DNA of 63,443 bases, the filler included, from Choristocarpus tenellus KU-1152 (taxonomy: Eukaryota > Protista > Phaeophyceae), in the NCBI GenBank assembly GCA_964200185.2. It is 10 parts of 10 records of this genome, joined end to end, with 100 filler letters (N's around TTAATTAATTAA, not from the genome) between each part and the next. Parts side by side here need not be neighbours in the genome. Positions count along the whole stretch, not along the records: positions 45,167 to 51,908 come from CAXNAD020007453.1; positions 52,009 to 54,863 come from CAXNAD020024172.1; positions 54,964 to 59,433 come from CAXNAD020014398.1; positions 59,534 to 63,443 come from CAXNAD020017205.1; 6 more parts are not named here. One strand, given 5' to 3'. Both the position numbers and the translations under genes were made by a program. Position 1 is the stretch's first letter; every line of letters starts with the position of its first letter. The notes under the pieces are model-generated. The model had not been told where the DNA came from, did no database searches, and worked only from the letters and a program-made list of their open reading frames with translations. This document shows, piece after piece, positions 50,496 through 63,443 of this stretch.

Positions 50496-51859
50496 TTGAG
50501 TGAGTGTCAAATAATGCACCCTTTCTATTTTGGCAAAGGGACACCTCACCTCCCAGTTGATAATTAGAGGAAGAAGCGCCGCCAATTCAAATGTGAAAGA
50601 CTGGAGAGGGTGGATTGCCTCCAATTGGATTTAAAACAAATTGGTTGACGAAGAAAGGAGTGAGTGGAGGACACCCCGCAGCACTGACTGCAAGAGGAAG
50701 AAGAAAGGTAAAGCAAAGTGGAAGAAAGGAGATACTGCATAGAGAATGGATACAACACAAGAGGGTTGGATTCCTTCAAAGAGTCATTTGATATTGGTGC
50801 GGAAGCACTTGAGGTTTGCAAACCCTGTTCATGACTGCATGATATATATATGATGATCGAGGAATTAGAGACCATGAAAAGGGACGCGATGAGGCTAAGG
50901 TTGACCACAATGTCCCAGAAATAATTTAAGAGTGGCAAAGCCTTCAAAGTGGCCATGAGACAGTTTGATTAGGCATCGAGACGAATGCAGAGGTCTCTCG
51001 TTGGTGGGGAGAGGGACTTGGGTTGAGGGACTGCTTCGTCGTCGGGGTTTTTGGCACAACCCAAGTACATACAGATGGGTATAATTGTTGCCATGTCTGA
51101 CTTGCTCAAAACCTGAATTTTCAACTTTTTGTGGATATACACCGTTGAGTTATATACCGCAAAATTCTAACAAGAATAGATAAATGCGAAATATATTTAA
51201 GAAGTGGAAAGAAAGAAGATAAGAGAAAAAAAAGAAGGAGAAAAGTTTGACTAACCTACCTAAGAAGTGTAGCTAAGAAAGGTCACCCTAGAATTTAAAA
51301 TTACTCGCACACAATAGCTGCAAAAGGACATCACATCAATGTGGTCAATGCTGCCAGATGTTACTGGAAAAAATGAAGAAGTTTAATCGCTCTTGGGAGT
51401 TGCTCCTCTTCCATGTATTCAACTAACCCCCTTCGAATAACAGGCTCAGTTCTGGCATAATTGGATTAATATTATCACACCCAGTCTTCACAACAGGGCA
51501 TCTTTGTTGGACTGCACGTCATTGGTGTGTTCCTGTTTGTGAAACCCAATACAGTGTGGGAGGAACTTCTGACGATGAGAACAAAACTTCATGTCGTGAA
51601 CCTGGCGAAGTGCACATGCACATAACCATGTAGAAAAACCTCAAGTACTTCAGGCTTGAGCTTTCAGATCTAGAACTCAAGTGACATACGTGCCTGTGGC
51701 TTTGTCATAAAGCGCTTGACTGTACATACTTGTGGTAATAGCCACAAGCTTTCTGAATCCACCATCAGCTGATCTTGGCAGGGATAGGAATTTATTCACT
51801 GATGATGCCTCGAAGGTAAGATGTTGAAGAAGAGGATGGAGGCAATGCACCCCTCAAAC

Positions 51860-51908
51860 AGCTCAAAGTACCCGGGGGGGGGGTCTACACCAGGGTGTCC
51901 ATTCACCC
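51860..51908 (-). mobile_element. MITE family B terminus at the end of contig G
   Basis: AGCTCAAAGTACCC(G)10TCTACACCAGGGTGTCCATT. Confidence 0.8.
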
Positions 51909-52008
51909 NNNNNNNNNNNNNNNNNNNNNNNNNNNNNNNNNNNNNNNNNNNNTTAATTAATTAANNNNNNNNNNNNNNNNNNNNNNNNNNNNNNNNNNNN
52001 NNNNNNNN

Positions 52009-54300
52009 ACGTATAGGACTCCTGATGGACAAGTCGTCAAGTATGCTGGATCTCTCACTTGAATTATCGTCAACATCATCGTATAAAAAGGAACTGGTCA
52101 ACGATGTCTCATCACAATCGAGGACCATAATGACCAAATAATAAATAAATAGTCGAGAAGTATAAATATATCAAATCTAGGATTTCAAGGTCATAATGGT
52201 GTCTATGAAACCACCATCAAGACATATCGCCTGCAACACATTACTAGTACTCAACCAGCAAGGAAGTTCGCTTCTGCTAGATATACACTGCCAGTGAACG
52301 ATAAATTCTGCTTAAAGTGAGTCATTTAAAATTAGCGGTTTAAAATACTGTGCCTGTGATTTTGTTGTGCTTTACGGGATATCAAAATTTTCAAACATAC
52401 GTATGTACGGGTGTAAAATTTTAGAAATCGGTTAGTAGGATGGTTGCAAGAGAGACTCAGATGTATAATGCAGAAAGTGCTTGCCCTCCCTCACAATACA
52501 AAATTATGGGCACCTTTACGATCACATGGACCTAGGTTTGAACTTTACATCTGCCGTACCCCAGCAGAAGGGTATCAGCTGAAATATCCAGGGCAGAGTC
52601 AAACCGACCGAGAGGTAGGTAGAGTTACGTATTTGAGGATGCCAAGAAAGGGCAAAAATATGGCATTTTGTACAATTACAGAAAGAACCTTTGGCGAATT
52701 GTGGTGTCACTTTGTGTGTGAAAAGGGGGAATATCGATCTTGTGTACACTATTTTGCACATAACGCAATGAAATTGAGTGTATTGCACAGGGTAATAAAG
52801 ATGACTTAGAAGTGCAAACGGGGCCCAAATCTGCCCACCTCTCAATTGGTTTAACTCCCATCAAGTAGCAATTCCTGCGTCACTTCTCAGAAGAAAGCCA
52901 TTCCATACACTTATGCTGCACAGGTTGGGGTGGGAGGGGGTGGAACTGTCTCAGAACTCAGGTGCTCCAAGTTTCTTACATTGCTAAGTGCTGTTTCATG
53001 CACGAACAAACAACAATTGATTGCGTTTCATCCACACCAATCAGTCACCCCATGACTGACTATATTATCCTTGAGTTGAGCCAAAGTGAACTAGAGGTAC
53101 CCGGGGTTGTATTTCAAGGATAGTGTCATAAGCGGATTTTTTTTTTGTACAAATGTGTAGAGGGACTTCTCGGAATTCTGTCGAAAATTAAAAAACAGAA
53201 AAATCAACACTCTCAGTCCAATCCCAGCACTTCATCCATAGAAACAAGGGCGAATTGCAAAAGATGAAGGAAGTGGCTTAAAATCCCAAACGGCCAAAAC
53301 CTGAGTAACTCTCGTTTGCTTTGTCTCTTTGCTCATCACTTGATCTGTGCTATCATCAAGCTGCTACCCTACGTGCTACAAAATCTTCCCTAGCACTGAT
53401 TTTGCACTGGGGATACCTTCATCAATACCCTCCCCTCCGCCCAAAAGGGCCTCCTCTTGCCCATCTCTCTCCTTCATGTCTACACTTTCCATGTCTACAC
53501 TTTCCTCCAGCTGTTTTCTTTCCACGGCCTCATCTTGCCTCTTCTCCACTTGCATATTCTCTACAATCTTGGACATTTCCGCTGCTGAAGCTTCACCCTT
53601 GCCATCTTGCTCAAGCACTGCTGCCACAGTATCCCTGATGGCAAAGTCATCATCTAATGGGAGGTGACCATCGCTACTATCAAAGCTGGGTGCCGGGCAC
53701 ACTTGGAGATCACGCACCTGCAGTCAAGGAGGAAAGGGCAGGAAGTAAGATATCTTTGAAGAACAGATATCTTCAACAAAGAGTGGAAGGAATATATATA
53801 GGTATGACCTCATACAGTGAGGTAGCAAAGGCTGTTGTGGACAAGAAGTTACACAATGTGATGAGTTCTACCTGTGGGGGGTCATTGGTTGTGGATGTTT
53901 GTAGTGTAGTGGGTCCCTTTCTTATGCCCCTATACCAGAAATAGCAGTATTGATCGTTGAAAAAGTACATACTTTGTGCAGTTCATGACAACATGACCAG
54001 CATTCAAGCCCAGGGAAGTGCAGTGGCCCCAGATTGAGGTGAGTCGTGTGCCAGCAGTCATTCGCTATGTACAGTGCTCTACACAGAAGTGATACAGACC
54101 ATATCGATATGGTGTATCAAACACAAGGGCTGTGCGGAAAGATGATTACTGAGGTAGTGGTAATCAGGATCCTCGTGAAAAAATTCAAGTCTCGATGCTT
54201 TGAATGATCTCAATCTGTCAAGCAAAAAACTTGATTCATGGTGGGGGAAAAGCAGGGGGGCACGGCCAGTGCTACTGTAGTACCAGTTGTACTGGAAGGG
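52009..54300 (-). mobile_element. Degenerate APE-type LINE 5' region (ORF1-like acidic segment plus endonuclease remnant)
   Basis: Acidic low-complexity ORF 53717-53376, followed downstream by 'LCLFVHET' (QET-like) near 53000. Nucleotide similarity to ~3725-3790. Heavily decayed. Confidence 0.35.
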
Positions 54301-54721
54301 TATTGTATGACAGAATTGTCCAGCTGATCTTCAGGAGCTGCAAACAACACTCATCAAGTTTAGTTTAAACTCACCATCCCAAGCACACTTAGTGGTGTGT
54401 GCTCATGGTTGTGGGAGTTTGTGCTTGCACATAAGTGGCGGGGGCGTGTGAGTATGTTGGGGGTTCTTTTAGGTGCATACATGAGTTGTGAGGCGGATAA
54501 ATTGCAAGGAGTTGTTGCTTCTCATGCATGCACTTGAAGGACTTGATATTTAACCACCAGGAACCTACCATCAGACGTAATATATGAGATCTAACCACCA
54601 GGAAACTACCTAAAGGTGTGGTGAGGTGAGAGAGACAGATCGTGACAAATCATTATGGCAGCACTCAGTGTGCTGCACAGAGTGAGCACATAGGCACCCA
54701 TGAGACTGATATTCAAGCGTT

Positions 54722-54863
54722 GGCTCAAAGTATATGGGGGACGGGAGACGGCTGTCCATTTGGGGCGCATTTTTCCATGTTGTGATCTTTGTGTGAATTT
54801 GGTTGCATGTGTCAGAAGGATAATGTCTGTGCACTACTCCTGGTGGGTCAAAGTATGTGGGGG
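54722..54863 (+). mobile_element. MITE family B left half (54722-54844) interrupted by a second family-B terminus (54845-54863)
   Basis: GGCTCAAAGTATATGGGGG...TGTCCATTTGGGGC...TTGGTTGCAT is homologous to 37720-37840, then GGGTCAAAGTATGTGGGGG restarts. Confidence 0.75.
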
Positions 54864-54963
54864 NNNNNNNNNNNNNNNNNNNNNNNNNNNNNNNNNNNNN
54901 NNNNNNNTTAATTAATTAANNNNNNNNNNNNNNNNNNNNNNNNNNNNNNNNNNNNNNNNNNNN

Positions 54964-56900
54964 ATCCCCATCTCCATCCCCATCCCCATCCCCATCCCCA
55001 TCTCCTAGCAGCAGCCCTTCCAAGCCCTGGGTAGCAGGACATGCAGCAAGAACACCTTGGTTGTCACCCCCTTGTTTTAATCCTGGTGGTTGAGCCTGGT
55101 GGGGGACACCAATGCCCTCAGTCGAGACTGTTCCAGCGCCAGATGACTCTGAAATTGAGGAGCCTAACATTGGGGAAGTCAGATCTTCCAATCTCAACCC
55201 TGCTGCTTCAAGCAGAAGATTGGAATCTGTAGACTGAGAAGTCACTAATGGCAGAGGTACTGGTGGAGAAACACCAACTGTCACATCCCCCAACACTCTC
55301 CCAGGTTCAATTTGTTTGCTTGTTTCCCCGCCCAATCCATCACCCTTCTCATCCCCATCAAGCACCTTCAGGGTCTCCTGTTCCACTCCCTTGATAGGCT
55401 CATCACGTCCATCCTTCTCATTCTCCCCTCCCCCCATCTCTTCACTGGAATTCGCCTCCCCCTTAGCACCACAACCAAACACGGCTTCCTTCTCCTCCAC
55501 TCCCTCTTCTGTCCCTCCTGCAGCTCGCAGTAATGATCCCAAAGCAACTCTAGAATCGGTTTCTGTCTCACCAGCACCATCACTATATCTAACAACCCCT
55601 CCCAATTTGGGGGATTCTACCTCCAAATATTTTTCACTCTGCTGCTTCTCTGAACCCGGATTTGCTGGCTCAGCTAAGCAACTAGAGCTGAGAACCGCCC
55701 CAGTCAATTCAATGTCCCAGGAAGCTGCTTCAGGGAGGGCAGGGGGGGTAAGGTCATCCCCCTTATCAAAGGTGTTTGTAAAAGATGGTACCTCCTCCCG
55801 AGGAGGTTCCGTCACACAGGCAAGACCCAGGGCAAGGGGATCTGCAAAGGGGCCACATGGGCAAGGGGTATGTGGGCCAGTTTACGAATGTAGAGAAACC
55901 TCAGCTAAGGAACACATTGCTGACAACTCTTGAAAAGTGGGATTTTGAGGCGATAGGAATCTGGCCAGGAAAGTAGTGAGGGAATGAACTGGTAGACTTC
56001 CGCGAAGAGGATGTGTTTGTGAAAGTCCAAAATAGTGAGGAAGGACCAAACTGGTACGCAACACCAAACAGGGGATATGCCGTTACACTGAGACAGCGAA
56101 AGTCATCGCCTAGTCTGGGGATCTTTTGCGACGTAATCCACAGGTTGCAGGCTCGAGACAACAGACAAGAGAAGAAATACGTTTCTGCATCCCATTCAAA
56201 ACGTTTTACCTGTTCTTGGGCCTCCAATAAGTCTAGAGATACTCTCACTTAGATTACTCCCAATTGTTCTACCATGGATTCGTCTCAGATCAGAGGTTGA
56301 CACCTTCTGTTCACCGGCAACTCTCCCAGAAATGACTACAAAGGCAACAATGGTGGGTGATCTCTGCCTTTCCAGGTTGTAGTCCCAATAACCACAAAAA
56401 TAAGCGATTTCACGTATCAGTGCATGTGGTAAAGACTGATACTCTCAAATCAAGTTGGAAACTCTGCCCATAGAGACGGGTGTGGGCGGGTGTTGATGAC
56501 AAGTAATACATAATACAGGTATGGAGAATGTACCTGCAGCCAACATACTGGAGCTAAAGAGGTAATCGGGACAATCATTTTCATATAACCTTGTTTCTTT
56601 ACAACAAACCAAATATATCTAACTTAAATTATCTCTCACCACTCGAATGTGCTTCGGGTGCTCCTCCCCCATTCGTCGCCCCTTCCCTCGCATGCCGCAA
56701 TGGGCGAGTCAAAGTCTCGGCTGCTGCAGACAAGCCCGGCTTTTCCTCCAAAGGTAGAGATAGTTGCTCAATGTCGGTATTTCCCAGAAGTAAACATGGT
56801 TCACAACACCCTTCCCCTTTATTATCATCTTCAACACTCTGTTTAGAATCATCCATGTCTGTTCTCAAGTACCCTATCAAAATGATCCTCTCCAACGCGC
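54964..56900 (-). mobile_element. Decayed ORF with a long acidic/Gly-rich tail, possibly LINE ORF1
   Basis: About 284 open codons 55815-54964 of low complexity. Upstream frames are broken by stops and contain Cys/His remnants (CQQC). No catalytic motif seen. Confidence 0.3.
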
Positions 56901-57099
56901 CAACGTTTGCTCACTTCCCGGTATCAAACGGGATGGAATCCTCGCTAAAAACATGACGCGAGATCCATCGTCAGCTTCGGTCCCTAAATCACCACACAAC
57001 TGGCGGATGGAGGCAATCGTGTAGCACAGATAAAGTTACTCATCTGCCAAACGCGCCTGATGGTGGTGGGAGGGGAGAGGAAAAACAAAATATCAAAAT

Positions 57100-57320
57100 G
57101 AGTTTATCGCGCGCCAACGCACGAACTTCCCAAACCGCCTATTCTTTTTTCCACTCATCAAGTTCAGGTGACCAAAGGAGAAACATCTCTTCAACGACCA
57201 CTGTCGTTGTGTTAAGGGAGTCTTCGACAGGAGGAATGCTGAATGTTTGGCGTTAGAAGTGCCCTTCACAGTGATTGCTACCCGGTCCAACATGTCCAGC
57301 GTCTCTCTCAAGTAACGAAC
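57100..57320 (+). mobile_element. Possible PIF/Harbinger nuclease relic
   Basis: 'PKEKHLFN...FGV-EVPFTVIA' loosely resembles the 'K..FN..Q...RKDVE..FG.L..RF' segment; frameshifted. Confidence 0.22.
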
Positions 57321-59378
57321 TCCTGTGCTACTCTCTCAACTAAGTACCTATATCATTCAGTATATCAAGAGTCGAAAAGAAGGAAATTCTCGCGCGCGCA
57401 TGGAAGGTTGTGTGTGTTCATAATGGTGGCTCATCTCTCCGCAGTCCGTAATTGTGTTCAAAATTCAAATTCAGCCAATCGAATATCCCCATACATGCAT
57501 GAACCGACACAAACCATGGAAAAGGTAAATTATATTTGCACCGCATACCGCATGAAGGTACTGATTAGGTAGTAGTCGAGTGTAGAGATGTGAACACATT
57601 ATTTCTAGTGTTGTTTTTCTTCGAAAAACAGAGAAAACCTCACCACGTTAACAAATAAGAGGTTTGCGTTAACCAATGTCGAGTATAGCCTCGCCAAGGT
57701 GTAAATCATCGGTATATCTATCACAACCCAAGTGGATTCTACTGCTTGTGGAATAAGGAGAAAGAAGTTGACTGGGTGTGTGACCAAGAGAGATGGATAA
57801 TATAATGCTAAATATACTGGATAAAATCACTTCCAAATATCGTATGTGATACATACGTATTACAGTACCATAATAGTATCCATGCATGGATGTAGGAGGA
57901 TTATATTATTGTACATTGTGAATAAATATTATCATGCATTACTCATTCATCATGCATGCCTACTGCAGTCAGCTATCAAATATCATACAATGATGGTTAT
58001 GATCATATTATTCACGATTTTATATTAATTCTTTATAATAGAAACCCTTCTATTATTTTGCGTTTGATGTATATTCTTCACACTATTATTATTAATATTA
58101 TTATTGTGCGTGGCAAATTTCCCCCAACCTCGATGACACCACCCCTTGCTGTCCGAGTGAACCTCCGGAGATCCTTTGCCCTTAAGTTGGGGTGCAGGAG
58201 GCGTCGGACATGGTGCACTGGATGAGCCTCTGTCCAAACCTTCAGTTAATATCATTGTGATCTGAACCGGTTTTTCTTCTTCTTGCTTTTCACGTATCAT
58301 AGTGCAGTAGCCCCCTCGATCTTATGTCTTTTGCACGGACATACCACCCCTAGTGACCCCCAAAACAAACCATCATGAGAAAACACTGTACATGAGTGAC
58401 AAGGTTCTGTGTAATGGGGAGCGATGGCAATGACCAGAAAGAGATGGTGAAGTAACAAGAGAGACAACAGAGTTGAAGAGCGTCAAGAGAGTGACAAGAG
58501 AGAAAACAAGGCAGGGCTACCACGCTGGTTTATCCAGCTAGCAGGGGAAAAAGACATCTGAATAGGTCCAAACAGAACAATGAAGGAAGTCGCTCATGGA
58601 ATGACCACACAGAACCAGTGGTGGTCAGTCAGCAAAGAAAAGGCATCAGTCTGACTGCCAACCTAAATAATAATTCTGTGCATCCAGAGCCAGCTCTTTT
58701 TTCTGGTTCGTCAAGATACCACGGTTCGTTGAACTGGCTTCAAAGGAAAAATATTGCGCGCGGAATGCATGTATCTTGAGCGCGGAATGTGAAAAAGAAA
58801 ATGTTGGTAGTCCTATTAATGGGGCCTGTCTCTGACATTATAAATTTCCTTACTAATATTATGGAGCAAGTAGTATACCAATATAATCACAAATAAATGT
58901 CATAGTGTCAATACTTGAATATATCTTGGTAGTCGCATTTGTTGTGCAATCTTTTCCTATCGACTTCTGCCTCCTCTCCATCCAAATACACACACAACAC
59001 AGCACAACACACATACAACACACAACAACAGTCAGTCAGTCGCCATGTCACCTGGCCAGGGCTGGCCGTGCTCAATCCCAATAATATAGCTGTTGCGACT
59101 ACTACTGTTTCAACACCGTCTGTGCACAGCACCCTGCCTCTAAGCTTAAGTCAAACAACACCAGCAGCAGTGGTAGCAGCAGGAGATTATACATACCATC
59201 GCACCACCATCGCCTATTACACAATATACAAGTGTGTATTGTTTTCATCTTAGAGCTTAGGGACTTGAGGGTATCACATGCACGTCAATCAACCTACAAC
59301 AGACTGCATTGTTGCTTTTCAAATGTGTGAGCATATCATCACAAAAGGCACTACAAAAATATATACTCCAGTACATAC

Positions 59379-59433
59379 GGCTCAAAGTATCTGGGTGGGG
59401 GGGGGGAGTCTACACCAAGATGTCCGTTTGGAC
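59379..59433 (-). mobile_element. MITE family B terminus at the end of contig I
   Basis: GGCTCAAAGTATCTGGGT(G)nAGTCTACACCAAGATGTCCGTTTGGAC. Confidence 0.8.
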
Positions 59434-59533
59434 NNNNNNNNNNNNNNNNNNNNNNNNNNNNNNNNNNNNNNNNNNNNTTAATTAATTAANNNNNNNNNNN
59501 NNNNNNNNNNNNNNNNNNNNNNNNNNNNNNNNN

Positions 59534-62500
59534 GCTTTTGTGATGGACGGTAGCTCGTAAGTCGTGCCAATACCATGCCTTTCCGCCAGTTCACCGATGT
59601 ACAAGCTCTGATCCACCACAAGTGTCCCAGTTTTCCTATTCCTCCTGATCATGCATCCCATAAATTTGGTTACCTCACCCATATTCACCACTGGGAACTT
59701 CTCATTATGTCCCTCAATGATACGCACAGCATAACCAGCCCCTGATTCCTCAGCCATCAGCATGACATCCACATGGACAATCGTGATCATCACAGTTTCA
59801 CCATCCATAATCATTCTGAACAGACATGACTCTGCCTCAGATTGTTCCAAGCCCAGTTTCAGCAAAGTTTCTACCTGGAGAAAAATTTAGATGTTCTAGT
59901 CCCGCCTTGGACCTCTGCACTCTCCCTTTTGCCATCCATCTGCCTCTGTGAAAAACCATCTTTGTCCCTAGTGCCTTGTGACCATCAGTGGAGCGAGGTA
60001 CTTGAATCCACACTCCCCTGCTATCCAGATCATCCACTTCTTCATGAATAGTAGCTTTCCACAAAGGCCGCTCCTCACACTCTGTCGCTGCTCTCAAGGT
60101 CTTAGGTTCTGGTGGGAGGGGTTTATCTTTCCCACCCGCAAGTACACCTGCCACCTTTTCCAATGGTTCACGAGGTTCAGATGGGGGGTCGTGGTTATGA
60201 TCCACTAGTCGCAGTAACAACGTTCCACCACTCCCCTGCTGTGACGTAGGTGGATCCATACCACCAGCACCAGTGTTCAGCATACCATCAGTATGTCCAT
60301 TTTCCAAATTCAAACCCACTTTTTCCGAAGATACGCCGCTTGAAGTCTTTTCCTCCGGAACCTCTTTTTCCGATCCCAAAGAAATTTACTCTAGTATAAA
60401 ATCTTCAGTGCTCGGCCCAAAGTCGTCTTGTTTCTCTTCCAAGATTCCATCCCCACTCAGCCCCCATAAGGCAGTGACAAATGCTCCAGCCCCACCCTGG
60501 GCGAGCTCAACAAATGCTACAACATCCTCCACTGACGTTGCTTTCGGACTAGTTGACCCCCCTGGATCAAACTCTGGCGGAGCCATCTTTGGGGTAGATC
60601 CTTCCCCCCCAACAATACCCTCTGGGACAATTACATTAACTTTAACCCCCTCAGGAGAAAGCGTCCACTTCGCTATGGTATCATCCACTGATGTAGTAGT
60701 ATCAAACATCGATCCTCCACAATTGATATCACCTCCACTCCCCTTTTGAGTGAGATCGACATCTCTAGCCCCAGCGTGGGTTAGGTCGATACCTCTGGTC
60801 TCATTCTGTGCGAAATCGACTCCTCTAGCCCCCTCCTGGGCGAGATAATCAGATATCACAACCTCCTCCTCTGACGTTGCGTTCATTCCAGTCGAGTCCA
60901 CATAAACATCTTCCCCCTAAGGGCTTTACCGAAGCACTATTCTTCATCTCCTGTGGAATTGGATTCCTATGACCCTTGCCGAGTGGGCAACCTCGACAAG
61001 ATGGCTCCCATGTTCCAGTTAACAAAATATTCTACGCCGAAGCGTCTTTCCTGTCCAACCCCTGATGAACATCACCTAATCGCGTGTGCAGCTCATTCGC
61101 ATCCCTCGATGTAGTTCTCCGGATCAAGTGAATGCTTGGTTTGCCAGACGTTGCATCAGAGGTAGGGACATTAGTAGAATCAGAGCTGTTCCTCAAACCC
61201 ACTCTGCGCATCCCCAGGGAGAATAATTCCTCCTCCCCCAAAGACGTGAAAGTGAGATTTCTTTCCCCAATTACCGTTAAAGTTAGATATTCTAGTGGAG
61301 TCAATAGACCGGAAACTGTGTCCATCTCGCATGCAAGCCTTGGCAGAATACAATTCACACCAAGATCAGGCACCACAAGTACGTTTGTAAACACCACAGT
61401 TTCCAGTTTACCACTCAGAACACATTCCAATTGGATGTCCCCCTTGCCCACAATGTCAAGTGTTCCACCACCACCAACTTCAACTGTTCCATCGCAAGAT
61501 TCCCAATTATACATGTTTTTATTGGTCGTCGTAAAATTATGTGTGGCTCCACTGTCCCAAATCCAAACCTCAACCCATGATGGCCTCTTGAAAGGAAGTG
61601 ATTTTACCGTACTAGCAAGATAACTCACTTGATTGGTTACTGAAAACCCCGCCAGTCTCGGTTGTCCATCGCCAGATCCATCCAACTTTGGTCCGCTTCC
61701 CTTGTTCTTAGAACCATTCCCCCCCATCCAATTCTTCTTCTTCAGGGTATTCGAAGATTCCTGACCCCTTGACGCTCCCAATTTTCTTTGTGGACGTTCG
61801 AAGCTTTGTCCCTTTTCCCCGCATACAAAACATGTAGTACCCCGATCCTTCGTCTTCTGACTCTTGATGAGAGGACACTTAGACCGAAAGTGAGGTTCAC
61901 CACATCCCCAGCGGCTGGGTTTTCCACCATTTCGTCTGGATTGTCGTCCAGCCACCAGTGCGCCAGCTCTCACCCCCGCCGAGTCCGATCCTCTTTGGAT
62001 GGAGCGCAGTCTATATATCTTTTAAAGACTAATCTTTCCAATTTACTCCTTCCTTCCACCGATTCTTCATCATCAATCTGTGACATGATGTCCAGATATT
62101 CTTGCGAGTAAATTCCACCCCACTCGGTCTTCCTCCGAGACAGTACCTCCCAAGCTCTTCAACTCCATTATGAGAGCCTCCTGCCGGTTAATGATGGTCG
62201 CAGGATCTCCTCCAGGCTCTAGTACCATGTCCATCAATTTTCTTTTCACCAGATTTCTCTCAGTCTAGCCTGAATGGGCATAGTTTTTCACCAGTGCGGG
62301 GAACGCCTCACTCGGTGACTCGAATGTCAGCACGATATCCGACGCAGGTCCTGCCGTTGCCTCCTGTAGTCCATTGATAGCAAGCGTCGTCGCATGGTGC
62401 AGATATGGATCCACACCGGCCGGGGAATACTCCAACGACAGTACCCTTAAATGCTCCTTCGTAGCTAATGGCTCCCTCCATCCCGATGAGAGAGCATGCG

Positions 62501-62762
62501 TAAGAAACGTTTTGCTCCATTTCCTCCATGTCCCTGGTTCCCCCTTAAACGTAGGTTGTTTCGAAGAATATATTATTAATTTCGGGGTGAATATGGGTCT
62601 AGCCCCCATGGCCACCGTATCTCTTGCCCCAACCCTAGCCTCGCCCCTTTGCAAAGCTGATGTCCCATCATGTATCACATCCCCCTCCTGGGTCATAGTC
62701 CGTTCATCCATTCCGTCATCTATGGAGTTAAGACTTGGATCGATTCTTGTGCTGGGCATCAT
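59534..62762 (-). mobile_element. Ty1/Copia LTR retrotransposon, frameshifted and internally deleted
   Basis: gag-like 62762-62000; zinc knuckles 'WGCGEPHFRSKCP' and 'CFVCGEKG'; protease 'WIWDSGATHNFT'; pre-integrase 'LHTRLGDV'; RT start 'WKATIHEEVDDLDSRGVW...LGTKMVF...KAGL'; RT core 'QSEAESCLF...IVHVDVML...FMGCMI'. PR-INT-RT order indicates Copia. Confidence 0.92.
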
Positions 62763-62884
62763 GATTTATCTTGACTCCTTCCTGGTGATAGCTAAAATCC
62801 AAGTATAATAACTACGCAAGCACTCTTAATAGGGTTGCTGTAGTATGTTAAGCTGTCCTTGAAGATCTGTTGTCCCACACAACT

Positions 62885-63195
62885 AGTTATATTATTGTTT
62901 ATTAGCTTGTACCACAGTTGAGAAGAGAGTGAGATGCCTGCACTAGGTGGGGCTCACCTATCCTAACATTGACTCAGAATACCAAATGACTCAACAGTTC
63001 TCTATTACCCGTCAGAAACACTCCGACTCTAATAGTCCGTCAATTATTTCCGATCAAATACCCCGACTAAATATCCCGAATGTCCCGCATTATCTTCTGT
63101 GCGTACGTAAAATAATACTACAAATCATATTCTCACGAAGAGTCAAGCATAATCTTGATAGGGGTAAATCCTTATGCGGGGGATATTTCACAACT
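62885..63195 (-). mobile_element. Candidate 5' LTR of the Copia element
   Basis: Lies upstream of gag; degenerate TGTTG-like start near 63195 and a PBS-like AGTTGTGTGGGAC near 62880. No second LTR in the contig to confirm it. Confidence 0.3.
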
Positions 63196-63424
63196 AAGGG
63201 GTTGCCGTGAGGGTAATCAGAAGCAGGTGGGTTGTTTGAATCTGCAAACGCATTACTCATCTTCATGTTCAGCGTTTGCATCGCCACAGCCACCAAACCT
63301 TGATCGTGCAGAGTCCCCTCCATGGCTTCAAAAACACTTTCTCCAAACCACATATGCGACAAAACCCACACTCACTCACTCACTCAACAACAAACCAATG
63401 GACCTGGACAATATATAGGATTTG

Positions 63425-63443
63425 GGGTCAAAGTATCTGGGGG
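63425..63443 (+). mobile_element. MITE family B terminus at the end of the window
   Basis: GGGTCAAAGTATCTGGGGG. Confidence 0.75.

Noticed and set aside
1-63443. Prokaryotic defence systems, phage or giant-virus genes, Fanzor/TnpB, rRNA
   Set aside because: No operon-like gene density or diagnostic motifs were recognised on either strand.

Overview
This is eukaryotic nuclear DNA, not prokaryotic. It is 10 separate contigs joined by nine identical artificial 100-bp linkers (N44-TTAATTAATTAA-N44): A 1-21626, B 21727-24685, C 24786-27794, D 27895-30735, E 30836-37897, F 37998-45066, G 45167-51908, H 52009-54863, I 54964-59433, J 59534-63443. Adjacency across linkers has no biological meaning. 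GT-AG introns, a flagellar central-pair gene, scattered (CCCTAA)n motifs and the retroelement types suggest a stramenopile, probably a brown alga (inference). Host genes rebuilt by hand-splicing: a complete 2-exon C1a-32/CFAP119/CABCOCO1-family gene and a complete 3-exon COX20 gene, head-to-head with 156 bp between ATGs; the 5' exons of an RBR E3 ligase; and one exon of mitochondrial processing peptidase alpha. Most of the rest is decayed mobile DNA: RLE- and APE-type LINEs, a deleted Copia, a chromovirus fragment, a solo LTR and minisatellites. The best candidate for an undescribed system is a Sola-like cut-and-paste family with three parts. First, a ~260-bp MITE with three full copies, perfect 4-bp TSDs, GAG-type ends and a conserved internal hairpin. 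Second, a related G-tract MITE at which five contigs end. Third, on a separate contig, an intron-rich DUF7869/Sola-like DDD transposase gene that the ORF track cannot show. The link between the MITEs and this transposase is inferred, not shown. All family assignments come from motif recognition by eye, not database searches.
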